NCBI GenBank assembly: GCA_030614005.1
Contig: JAUWKS010000003.1
Coordinates: 1,354 to 65,353 of the forward strand
From: Candidatus Heimdallarchaeota archaeon
GTDB lineage: Archaea; Asgardarchaeota; Heimdallarchaeia; JABLTI01
Reading direction: 5' to 3'
DNA length: 64,000 nt
Part shown: piece after piece, positions 27,705 through 36,996 of the stretch
How positions within the stretch are numbered: the first letter of the stretch is position 1
How the letters are laid out: the number at the start of each line of letters is the position of its first letter
Notes under the pieces: generated by a model
The model's database searches: none
Told to the model about the DNA's origin: nothing
Seen by the model: the letters and a program-made list of their open reading frames with translations, nothing else
Program-made: the position numbers and the translations under genes

Positions 27705-27730
27705 TTGAGCATAGTTTGTTTTATGCTCAA
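27705..27730. other. 8-bp perfect inverted repeat (TTGAGCAT...ATGCTCAA, 10-nt loop) downstream of rpl11, preceded by T-tracts
   Basis: Read directly; T-rich stretch at 27674-27684 then the hairpin; candidate terminator or regulatory hairpin. Confidence 0.3.
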
Positions 27731-27904
27731 AATGAGCTGAATAAAAATGAACATCCCAAATACAAATCTAGGCAGACGAATGGATAAAAACTCCATTCAC
27801 AAAACCTCTCTATTTGGGCACTTAAATAAAAAATCGGTTCTAATTAATTTAGAACTATCGAGAAAGAGGTGTAAAAAATTTCAAAACATCCCGGCCTGAA
27901 ATTC

Positions 27905-30025
27905 ATGTTCAAGCCAAAAAGTATAGCCGTTATCGGAGCCTCCGCAAAACCAGGGAAAATAGGTTATGAAATAATGGATAATATTCTCTCCTATGGTTAT
28001 AAAGGAGAACTGTATCCGATCAATCTAAAAGAAACAGAGATTTTAGGTAAAAAATGCTATAAAGCAATAGCAGACGTACCTGGTGAAATTGATTTTGTTA
28101 TAATCTCTATTCCAGCAAAATATGTTCCTGCTGTTTTCGAAGACTGTGGTAAAAAAGGTGTGAAATCTGCAGCAATAATTACAAGTGGTTTCGGTGAGGT
28201 TGGAGATCATGAAACTGAAAATCGTCTTGTTGAAATTGCTGAAAAGTATAATATGCCATTTATTGGTCCTAACATTTTTGGTATAGTATACGCTCCAGCA
28301 AATATCAATGCATCATTTGGTCCTGCAGATGTAAAACCAGGTAAATTGGCTTTCATTACGCAGAGCGGAGCATTAGGTATTGCACTTATGGGTTGGACAA
28401 TTACAAATAAAATTGGTCTCTCATCAATCATTAGCATTGGAAACAAAGCTCAAATTGGTGAAAGTGAACTTCTGGAGAGCTTTTTGAAAGATGATCCAAA
28501 TACAAAAGCAATTTTGCTATATGTTGAAGGTTTAATTGATGGCAGACAATCAATGAAAACATTCAAAGAAGTTGGCTTGAAGAAACCAATTATAGCATTA
28601 AAATCCGGACGATCAAAACGAGGAGCAGCTGCTGCTGCAAGTCACACAGGAAGTTTAGCTGGTGCAGATAACATTTATTCTGCAGCATTCAAACAATGTG
28701 GTGTTCTCAGAGCGATAGATGCTTCTGAAGCTTTTGACTGGGCCCGATGTATTACGAATAATCCTCGACCTAAAGGAAAGAATGTTGTTATCATTACTAA
28801 TGGTGGTGGAGTAGGCGTAATGGCAACTGATGCATGTGAGGACAATGATTTAGAACTTTACAACGATCAGGAAAAACTCAAAGAATTATTCTTCAAAACA
28901 GAGATTATGCCACCTTTTGGGTCCACAAAGAATCCCGTAGACATCACTGGTGGTGGTGGAGAATTAGCTTACAAAAAAGCAATTGAAGCGGCTTTCAATG
29001 CTAAAGAAATTCATTCTATTGTTGTTCTTTATTGTCAAACCGCAACGACAAATCCAGATTTGTTGGCTGATTATATTATTGAAGTTGTAAAGAAAAACAA
29101 CAACAAAAAACCATTTGTTATAGCAAATATAGGTGGAGAAGCAGTAGAAACCATGATTGACAAACTAAATGAAAATGACCTCTCCGCGTACGACCTGCCC
29201 GAAAAAGCTATTTCTTCATTGAGTGCACTATACAGATGGTCTGATTTCATAGACAGACACGAAAAACAAGGGAAAACTAAACCACTAAAATTACCAATTC
29301 CACAGATCAAAGCAATCATTGACAATATCAGAAAGGAAGGCAGAATTCAAATGCTCGAACATGAATCCAAACAAATTTTCAAATTGATTGGTTTAAATGT
29401 TCCTCCCTTCGCACTAGCACAAACCGTTGACGAAGCACAAAAATTTGCTCAAGAGGTTGGGTATCCAGTTGTTATGAAGATTGTTTCTGAAGATATTATC
29501 CATAAAAGTGATGCCGGAGGAGTAGTAGTTGGACCAAAAAATGCTCGAGAAGTTGATGAAGCATTTAACAAGATTTTAACAAATGCCAAAAACTACAAAG
29601 CAGACGCAAATATTCGTGGTGTATTCATCTCCCAAATGGTACCAAAAGCAACAGAAGTCATTGTAGGTGTAACTCGAGATCCAACCTTTGGACCAGTAGT
29701 AATGTTTGGTTTAGGTGGTATCTTCGTAGAAATAATGAAAGATGTTGTCTTCAGAGTTGCTCCATTCCCAAAGGACGAAGCAAGACATATGATAGATGAA
29801 ATAAAAAGCAAACCAATGCTCTATGGAGCTAGAGGAACAAAACCCGCAGATATTGATGCTTTAGTAGAAACCATCTATATAATTAGTCAGCTAGTATCTC
29901 AAGTGGATGATATTAAAGAATTAGACATCAACCCACTCTTTGCACTAGAAAAAGGCGCAAGTGCTGTCGATGCTCGAATTACTTTAACAGAGAAAATCTA
30001 TCCAAATGACATTCAAACAAAATGA
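27905..30025 (+). CDS. Acetyl-CoA synthetase (ADP-forming), fused alpha-beta subunits
   Basis: N-terminal CoA-binding domain (KSIAVIGASAKPGKIGY), succinyl-CoA-synthetase-like ligase-CoA domain, C-terminal ATP-grasp; 706 aa, typical of fused ACD. Confidence 0.75.
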   Translation: MFKPKSIAVIGASAKPGKIGYEIMDNILSYGYKGELYPINLKETEILGKKCYKAIADVPGEIDFVIISIPAKYVPAVFEDCGKKGVKSAAIITSGFGEVGDHETENRLVEIAEKYNMPFIGPNIFGIVYAPANINASFGPADVKPGKLAFITQSGALGIALMGWTITNKIGLSSIISIGNKAQIGESELLESFLKDDPNTKAILLYVEGLIDGRQSMKTFKEVGLKKPIIALKSGRSKRGAAAAASHTGSLAGADNIYSAAFKQCGVLRAIDASEAFDWARCITNNPRPKGKNVVIITNGGGVGVMATDACEDNDLELYNDQEKLKELFFKTEIMPPFGSTKNPVDITGGGGELAYKKAIEAAFNAKEIHSIVVLYCQTATTNPDLLADYIIEVVKKNNNKKPFVIANIGGEAVETMIDKLNENDLSAYDLPEKAISSLSALYRWSDFIDRHEKQGKTKPLKLPIPQIKAIIDNIRKEGRIQMLEHESKQIFKLIGLNVPPFALAQTVDEAQKFAQEVGYPVVMKIVSEDIIHKSDAGGVVVGPKNAREVDEAFNKILTNAKNYKADANIRGVFISQMVPKATEVIVGVTRDPTFGPVVMFGLGGIFVEIMKDVVFRVAPFPKDEARHMIDEIKSKPMLYGARGTKPADIDALVETIYIISQLVSQVDDIKELDINPLFALEKGASAVDARITLTEKIYPNDIQTK

Positions 30026-30225
30026 GTGAATCGTTTTCACTCGTTCTTTTCTATTTTTCAAGTATAGAAAGCTTAATTTTGAGCAAATGGTAATGAGAAA
30101 TGAAAGTTGCAATTCTATGAGATGTTCGATAATTTTAATAATCGGTTTGAATTGAGCAATAGACGATAAATGAATGCTAGCAAAGGTGGGTCTCGAAAAT
30201 ATACAAATTCAGCTATCAAAGTGGG

Positions 30226-31380
30226 TTGTTTTTAGAATTTTCTAATAACCAGAAGGTAATGATTGATAGTAAGAATGTCAAAATACCACTAAAAGTAAAC
30301 GCAATTGTGACACATGCGCATTCAGATCACTTTGCAGCGATGAATTCGTATTCTCCAACATTTGCAACACAAGCAACAATTGATCTTTTCAACAATTTAA
30401 AGAAAACAAAAACACGAAGTAATTTTATCCCAGTAGAATTTAATGAACAATTAAAACTACAACCTGACACACCAGATGTGAAAATTTCTTTCATACCGTC
30501 GGGACATATTCTTGGATCTGCATCTGTAATCGTTGAAAATGATAATAGCAGATTACTATTCTCAGGAGATGTAGGAGGGAAGGGACAATTAACTTCATTA
30601 GCACCACTGAAAGCTGTTCAAGCAGATATTCTGGTTGTAGAAGCAACGTTTGGTTCTCCGGAATTAGTTTTCCCATCTCGAGAAGAAATTTCAATGGACA
30701 TATTGAAATGGTCGGCAAATGTCATAAAAGAAAATAAGAACGTGCTATTTTCTGCAGGAAGATTAGGCTCCTCACAAGAATTGATTAAATTATTTAATAA
30801 CCTGACAAATCTAAATGTCGTAACGCATGGAGAAGTAACTCAGCTATCTGAAATCTATCAAAAACATGGAGTAAAACTGGCTTTCCACGATTCAAAATCA
30901 GAGGAAGGAAAGGAAATACTAAGAAACGGAGAGGCAATAATTATTCAACCTCGAGGGAAAAAAATCGTTCCGTATTTTATAACAGAACATGTGGAGTGTA
31001 AAACTGCAATAGTAACAGGAATGGCTACAAGATTTCAATACAGAAATTACGACGCATCATTTCCGTTGTCTTCGCATGCGAACTTTAACGAATTAATAGA
31101 CTATATAAGAGAAGTATCGCCAGAATTGGTTTTCACAATATATGGTCTCGAGAAAAAACTCGCAGAAGCAATATCAAGAGAGTTAGATATTCCAGCAATT
31201 CCGCTAAAAGATAAAACACCGAATGCAATACAAAAAACAAGTGAAAAAATTGCTGCGGAACAAAATATACGAAAAAACCTAGAAAGGGAAAAAATACCCC
31301 TTAAGAAAATTGAGAGCAAAGTTGTTTCCAAAGAAAAGAAAGAAATAACCTTAGATGATTTTTTCAAACAAGATGACTAG
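30226..31380 (+). CDS. Metallo-beta-lactamase-fold hydrolase of the beta-CASP family (RNase J / aCPSF2-like, no KH domains)
   Basis: HxHxDH (THAHSDH), PSGH, FSGDVG, VVEATFG (like the ExTYG motif) and C-terminal SSHAN (beta-CASP motif C). TTG start; HxHxDH is unusually close to the N-terminus. Confidence 0.55.
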   Translation: MFLEFSNNQKVMIDSKNVKIPLKVNAIVTHAHSDHFAAMNSYSPTFATQATIDLFNNLKKTKTRSNFIPVEFNEQLKLQPDTPDVKISFIPSGHILGSASVIVENDNSRLLFSGDVGGKGQLTSLAPLKAVQADILVVEATFGSPELVFPSREEISMDILKWSANVIKENKNVLFSAGRLGSSQELIKLFNNLTNLNVVTHGEVTQLSEIYQKHGVKLAFHDSKSEEGKEILRNGEAIIIQPRGKKIVPYFITEHVECKTAIVTGMATRFQYRNYDASFPLSSHANFNELIDYIREVSPELVFTIYGLEKKLAEAISRELDIPAIPLKDKTPNAIQKTSEKIAAEQNIRKNLEREKIPLKKIESKVVSKEKKEITLDDFFKQDD

Positions 31381-31401
31381 TTTTAGTGGCGCTGATTAAA
31401 T

Positions 31402-31845
31402 ATGGCTAGAATTTTTAAAATAGCGTTATCAAAAATCCAACCAAGTCAGCTCTATATCAGTGAGAAAAAATTAGCAAGTATAAAGGAAAAAATAACCAAA
31501 AACGGAATAGATGAATTAGAACCAATCCCGATAAAAAAATTAGGTGAGGATATAATCTATACTGATGGGCATACTCGTGCTTTTCTTGCCTATCAAAATG
31601 GCGACAAAGAAATTGCTGTTGAATGGGACGAAGATGATTTAGATTGGGAAATGTATGAAATATGTGTTCAATGGTGTAAAGATGAAGCAATTTATACTAT
31701 TGCTGATTTGCAAAAGAGAATTGTTCCACATAAAAAATATGAAGTGGTTTGGTATAAGCGATGTGATACATTGCACGCGGAAATAGATCTGAAGAGAGCA
31801 CAAAAAAAACAAAAACGAATAAAAACGACAAAAAAAAACTTATAA
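31402..31845 (+). CDS. ParB/Sulfiredoxin-superfamily (ParB-like nuclease domain) protein
   Basis: N-terminal I..IQPSQLYIS followed by YTDGHTRAFLAY ([DG]-G-x-x-R signature of the ParB/Srx fold); 21 nt downstream of the beta-CASP gene on the same strand. Confidence 0.4.
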   Translation: MARIFKIALSKIQPSQLYISEKKLASIKEKITKNGIDELEPIPIKKLGEDIIYTDGHTRAFLAYQNGDKEIAVEWDEDDLDWEMYEICVQWCKDEAIYTIADLQKRIVPHKKYEVVWYKRCDTLHAEIDLKRAQKKQKRIKTTKKNL

Positions 31846-31934
31846 CCTTTGAGAGCTTCTTTCTTTTAGTAAATTTAGTTTAATATCCGGGATATGTAAA
31901 TTTGCAAATTAAAAGAAAATTAATAGTTACAATA

Positions 31935-32895
31935 ATGTTACTTTGTTTTATAATTCCTCTATTTAGTTAAAATAGTATAACACCTCAACCAATGGTACAA
32001 AACGTTATCGGTGCATCATTGGAGTTAGAACAAAAGTGGAACTATACGACAAGTGGAATATCTGTAAGTGCAACACCAACACTGTTCGATTTATACGAAG
32101 ATGGAACAATGGACGTAATTTATGGAACTAATAAAGATGTGACTTGTCTTGATGACCAAGGAAATCTCAATTGGTCATATTACACTAATAGTGTAGTTAG
32201 GGGATCACTTGTTGTAGTTGACGTAGATAATGACTATAAACCAAACATTGTCGTTGGTGTTAGTGATAGTTTGCGATTTTTTGATTATGATGGTTCATAT
32301 ATGAGAAATACTGGAACTGGCTATATTATGGATGCCCCATCTATTGTTGATTTTGAAGGTGATGGAGAATGGGAATTCTTAGTACCAAGCTATCTATTCT
32401 ATGATGGTATTTACTGTATTAATAGTAATGGATCCATAAGATGGTCTTACACAGATATTTCATCACCTGGAACACCTGATAGAGTGTATGGTACTCCTAC
32501 TGCTTGTGATCTTAATGGAGATGGAGTAATTGAAGTTCTCTTTGGTTCATGGGATGGATATCTTTATTGTCTTAATGAAACTGGGCATTTCCAATGACAA
32601 TATTCTCGATGGAGAAGAAGTTATTGCTGGAGCAGATGGTTTTATTACCAATCCCAACAACGCGGATACCGATGGCGATGGTATCGATGATGACATAGAA
32701 ATTGGCAATGGCACCGATCCAACCGATTCTAGTGACCCACCCGTAGAGACTCCAACTCCTACCACCACTCCTACAAATACTACTCCTACAGGCGAAGGCT
32801 CATTCATTGGTGGTTTTGTTAGTTTAGGTATTGTTTTATCTACTGCCTTATTTATCATAGCTTCAGTAGAACGTCGAAAGAAATATTACAAATGA
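31935..32895 (+). pseudogene. Decayed paralog of the beta-propeller/TSP3 surface-protein family: in-frame stop near the N-terminus, +1 frameshift near 32580-32595, PGF-CTERM-like C-terminus
   Basis: ATG 31935 encodes hydrophobic MLLCFIIPLFS, then an in-frame TAA (31968-31970), then the ORF 31992..32597 (beta-propeller-like ...DGDGVIEVLFGSWDGYLYCLNETG). Frame 1 continues at 32530..32895 with TSP3 motifs (NADTDGDGIDDDIEIGNGTDPTD), a Thr/Pro linker, and GGF plus a hydrophobic helix plus ERRKK. Confidence 0.4.
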
Positions 32896-32985
32896 AAGAG
32901 AAGAATCTCTTTCCATTTTTTTCTTTTTATTAATCGGTTTTTCCGTACTCTCTATACTGTACTTTTACAATTTTGGTTTTGTGAG

Positions 32986-33513
32986 TTACTTTGATTTTGG
33001 ATCTCTTTTTTCCTTACCTTTATTTAAATCAATAACTTCTTCTTTTGTTTGAGTGATTGGTGATACATCTTGGAATCTTCGATTTGTTACAACATAAAGT
33101 TCAGCTATACCTTTTTCTGTGAAATTTTTAACCATGCGACCTGAATGATGACCAAAGGGCGCAGGATATTGAACATCTCGGAAAGTTAATCGATAATATG
33201 TTGCAAGATGTGCCCATTCATTAAGTTCATCAGGATGCTTGACAGATTTAGGAGCTGTTTCTGCTAAGCCAATCCAATCGTACCAAGCATGTGCATCTTC
33301 AGGGTCACCAGAGGCACGATCTGTACTTTGGTCCATAGTACTCCCGCTGTAATTTGCTGTGATTTTAATACATAACCATTTACCGACAAGTGCAATCACT
33401 CTGTCAGAAGTACATGGTCCATCTTCATCGAAAGCGGAACCCCATTCACTTTCCACATCCTTTACAAGTTTCTTAATTATGAATTTTTCTAGTTCTGAAA
33501 TATCAATAGGCAT
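32986..33513 (-). CDS. Hypothetical His/Trp-rich protein (175 aa), locally GC-rich, probably foreign
   Basis: Clean ATG ORF; GC is about 45-50% over 33240-33360 against about 32% in the neighbouring genes; no confident family assignment (HAWYDW, WAHLATYY, FGHHSGRM). Confidence 0.5.
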   Translation of the reverse strand: MPIDISELEKFIIKKLVKDVESEWGSAFDEDGPCTSDRVIALVGKWLCIKITANYSGSTMDQSTDRASGDPEDAHAWYDWIGLAETAPKSVKHPDELNEWAHLATYYRLTFRDVQYPAPFGHHSGRMVKNFTEKGIAELYVVTNRRFQDVSPITQTKEEVIDLNKGKEKRDPKSK

Positions 33514-33692
33514 TGATTTGACTCCTTAATTTTATAGTAATATATTCACTTGCCAGAAAACAAATAGAATTCGCACTTAATTAGGATGAGTTCTAGTAAA
33601 AATACTTTGTGAGTAGGAATAAATACCTCCAAAAGTATCTCTCTTACAAATAATTTACTAAAAAGTAATTACTCTCTATCGATGTTCTATTG

Positions 33693-34550
33693 TTAATGTT
33701 CGATTTTTCCATATTTGACATCTTTTGCTTTTACAACTTCAACATTACGTGTTGAGCACCCATCTTTGATGATTTGAATTAAGGTCGCATTCAAGCTACT
33801 ACGATCAATTATCGCCCATTTAACTTCCTCAATTGTTTTATCAATCATTTGTTCTACTATTGTTTGAGTGAGGTGTTCTTTGTGATATTTTGGTAGTATG
33901 TGACCGATTGCAACTGGTGTTAATTCCATTAATTCATTAAACCGGGTAGTGTAATGTCCACCACCAAAACAAATACTGGGAATAATTTCCTCTTCATCTT
34001 TTTGCAAACAAATTTTCATCAGAGTATTAGCAACAGCTTGTAAAGCTGATTTGTTATTGTATTCGACTTCTGTGCTCCCTACTTCAACATAGATTAATGG
34101 TGTTTTTAGATTGGTTGGTCCATGGTGCGTTGCTTCTACTGTAACGTCAAAATCTGTTAATGCTAATTTCTCTTGTTCTTTCAGAAGGTTCAGATAAGCT
34201 TCTCTAATTGCTCGAGTGCTTCCATATGCTAATTCCAAAGGATTGCCACCATGACTATTATCAGAGCTAAGATTTCCAGTAATATGCGTTAATAGGCTTG
34301 GTTTATTTGCTCCACTTTGATGACGTGAACCAAATAGCAATAGATCTGCTTCAAGTTTATCACAATGGTCTGCATGGATAACATCTTTCGTTGAATACAC
34401 TAATCTGATATCTTTATACTTGTAAATTGGTGTTCCATCAAATGTTTCTTCAGTTTGCTCGAAGGACCAATTTTCTAATAACTTTTGACGAATATTTCTT
34501 CCGCAAATATTTTGATCAGTAGTTATTATAACTGGTTTTTTGATATTCAT
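33693..34550 (-). CDS. Archaeal-type D-aminoacyl-tRNA deacylase (DtdA-like)
   Basis: About 285 aa with ATHHGP and GGGHYT motifs, as remembered for the archaeal DtdA family; assigned by motif recall only. Confidence 0.5.
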   Translation of the reverse strand: MNIKKPVIITTDQNICGRNIRQKLLENWSFEQTEETFDGTPIYKYKDIRLVYSTKDVIHADHCDKLEADLLLFGSRHQSGANKPSLLTHITGNLSSDNSHGGNPLELAYGSTRAIREAYLNLLKEQEKLALTDFDVTVEATHHGPTNLKTPLIYVEVGSTEVEYNNKSALQAVANTLMKICLQKDEEEIIPSICFGGGHYTTRFNELMELTPVAIGHILPKYHKEHLTQTIVEQMIDKTIEEVKWAIIDRSSLNATLIQIIKDGCSTRNVEVVKAKDVKYGKIEH

Positions 34551-34564
34551 TTGAGCTTGACCTT

Positions 34565-35482
34565 CTAATTCAAAGTTTTATTTTTAGCGTTAATAAAATC
34601 ATCAACTTCATCTTTTCTAGGCATGCCATCTCGAGCATTTGAGAGTGTTATTTGTAACGCTGCACACGCGGCAGCATATTTTCCACAGTCAGAGAGTGAA
34701 ATGTTTTGTTGGTAAGAATGAATAAATCCTGCTGCATACGCATCTCCCGCCCCTGTTGTATCAACAACGGGCACTTCATAAGAAGGTATTTTCTGCACTC
34801 CATCTCGGGAAAGAATGTAAGACCCTTCAGGACCAAGCGTTACATTCAAAATTGTTGTCTCGCTCAATCTAAGACTGTCTAATTTTTCTTTTGTTGGTAA
34901 AAATCCATATGCTTTTTCAAAAGCAATTTTATTTAGAAAAACAAGTGAATAATTTTGTATTATTTCTTGAAGTACTTGACTTGATTCAGTCATTAATTCT
35001 CCGCCAAAATCAATGGAAGAGACGATTGATTTCTTCTTACAAACTTGAGCAATTTTTAGTGCTACTTTAGCTGAAACGCTAGAAGCATGCACAATTTTAA
35101 CATTTGAAAATAATTGCCCAGTGATCTCTTTTGGTGAGAGCTTAGTATTTGCATCTCGGTATCCAATTTTTACTGTTTGCCCTTCTTTATCAACTAAAAT
35201 GATGACAAAACCAGTAGCATAAGCTTCTTCTTTGATTACTCTTGAAACATCGATTTTTTCATCGATTAGAGAAGATAATCCTAGTTTACCATTTTGGTCA
35301 TCCCCCACATGACCGAACAATGAAACTTTTGAGCCTAAACGTGAGAGTCCTACAGCAAAATTACAGGCTCCCCCACCAGGTACAATAGCAAGATTCGAAA
35401 CAATTACCTTATCATCCGGACTAGGAAGACGTGGTACTTGACAAATAAGATCAACATTGATATTTCCGATTGTTAAAATCAA
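34565..35482 (-). CDS. PfkB-family carbohydrate/nucleoside kinase (ribokinase-like)
   Basis: N-terminal GGGACNFAVGLSRLG and C-terminal DTTGAGDAYAAGF motifs of the ribokinase superfamily. Confidence 0.7.
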   Translation of the reverse strand: MILTIGNINVDLICQVPRLPSPDDKVIVSNLAIVPGGGACNFAVGLSRLGSKVSLFGHVGDDQNGKLGLSSLIDEKIDVSRVIKEEAYATGFVIILVDKEGQTVKIGYRDANTKLSPKEITGQLFSNVKIVHASSVSAKVALKIAQVCKKKSIVSSIDFGGELMTESSQVLQEIIQNYSLVFLNKIAFEKAYGFLPTKEKLDSLRLSETTILNVTLGPEGSYILSRDGVQKIPSYEVPVVDTTGAGDAYAAGFIHSYQQNISLSDCGKYAAACAALQITLSNARDGMPRKDEVDDFINAKNKTLN

Positions 35483-35606
35483 ACCTTCATCCGAACCTGT
35501 TTTCTTTAGTAATAATTCACAGCATAAGTAACACTAATTAAAATTAATGGTAAAATCGGAACAAAAAGAAAAAGAATCATCGGGGTTAAACCCCAAATGA
35601 ATACTA

Positions 35607-36566
35607 TTAATCGCTCATAAGAGCGAGCATAACTGCTTTTTGTGCATGTTTTCTATTTTCAGCTTCATCAAAAACTACACTTTGTTTGCTATCAATAACT
35701 TCATCTGTTACTTCGTAACCTCTGTGAGCCGGCAAACAGTGTAAGAAAATAGCATCATTCTTTGCGTGAGCCATCAATTCTTTGTTGACGGTGAAATCCT
35801 TGAATGCTTTGAGTCGTATCTCTTTCTGTGATTCATCACCCATAGAAATCCAGGTGTCAGTGTAAACAACATCTGCGTCTTTAACTCCTGCTGGAATGTC
35901 ACTGGTAATCTCTAATTTGGTACCTATTTTATCAGCAATTACTTGAACTTTCTTAGTAATTTCTGCATCTGGTTGATAGTCATCTGGACAAACTATTGAA
36001 ACGTCCATACCCATTTTTGTACAACCAATCATTAAGGAGTGTGCAACATTGTTGCCATCGCCAACATAAACGAGTTTTAGTCCTTTTAGCTTTCCTTTGT
36101 GCTCTTCAATAGTTTGAAGGTCAGCCAATATTTGGCACGGATGATAAAGATCACAGAGACCATTTATCACAGGAATTGTTGCAAATTCGGCCATTTCTGT
36201 GAGTGTTTTATGTTTGTAGACTCGAGCCATTATTCCACCAAGATATCTCGAGAGAACTTGAGCAGTATCAGAAGGTGCTTCTCCTGTTCCGACAAGTTGT
36301 GTGTCTCTAAAACTTAGAAAGAGAGGTTGTCCTCCTAATTCCCAAATGCCGGTTTCAAAGGAAACTCTGGTGCGGGTAGAAGTTTTTTCAAACATCATAC
36401 CTAAGCTTTTCTTTAATGGTTTGCGATCTGGATGACCGCCATTTTTCTTGTATTCTACCTTTAATTCAACCCCAAGGTCTAAGAAATATTGGATCTCTTC
36501 AGGGGTGTAATCAAAAAGTGTAAGCATATGTCGCCCTTTAAAATTCATAATTATTCCTCGTATCAT
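35607..36566 (-). CDS. argF: Ornithine carbamoyltransferase
   Basis: STRTRVSFE carbamoyl-phosphate motif and HCLPAHRGYEV (HCLP favours OTCase over ATCase, which has HPLP); about 319 aa. Confidence 0.75.
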   Translation of the reverse strand: MIRGIIMNFKGRHMLTLFDYTPEEIQYFLDLGVELKVEYKKNGGHPDRKPLKKSLGMMFEKTSTRTRVSFETGIWELGGQPLFLSFRDTQLVGTGEAPSDTAQVLSRYLGGIMARVYKHKTLTEMAEFATIPVINGLCDLYHPCQILADLQTIEEHKGKLKGLKLVYVGDGNNVAHSLMIGCTKMGMDVSIVCPDDYQPDAEITKKVQVIADKIGTKLEITSDIPAGVKDADVVYTDTWISMGDESQKEIRLKAFKDFTVNKELMAHAKNDAIFLHCLPAHRGYEVTDEVIDSKQSVVFDEAENRKHAQKAVMLALMSD

Positions 36567-36996
36567 AATTTTATCTCAGAACAGCTGACAGAACAGATCT
36601 GAACAATCAACTGTGGTCGTGAGTGCTCTTTTCACTTGCTTCGACCGAGGAAAAGATAAACTCGGATTCAAAAAACATCCAATTAAGGATACTAATAAAA
36701 TATTCGTCATAACCTAAAATTGATTTTTCATCTACTTGCAGATAGCAAAATTGCCAGTAAACTTTGAAAAGACATTTTTTAGCTCATTTTTACTGCGAGT
36801 ATTTTACTTATTCATCGACAGATTTCTTTTTTTACACAAAAAACAATATCTTTATTAATATTCTTGGTCAATTAATAACTGAGCCCAGAAAAGTGGTGAA
36901 TACATTCTCACACAGATGAGAATCTTATTATCATTTATCTAAAAAGGTTTTAAATAGTAAACTATAAAAAACCTAGTATTAATTAGTCGTAAAGAG

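Noticed and set aside
29071-29811. Minus-strand ORFs within the acetyl-CoA synthetase gene
   Set aside because: They are antisense to a well-supported 706-aa CDS.
32547-32858. Minus-strand 103-aa ORF over the TSP3/PT-linker region of the decayed surface-protein gene
   Set aside because: It is the reverse frame of a Thr/Pro/Gly-rich repetitive sequence, the typical mirror artefact.
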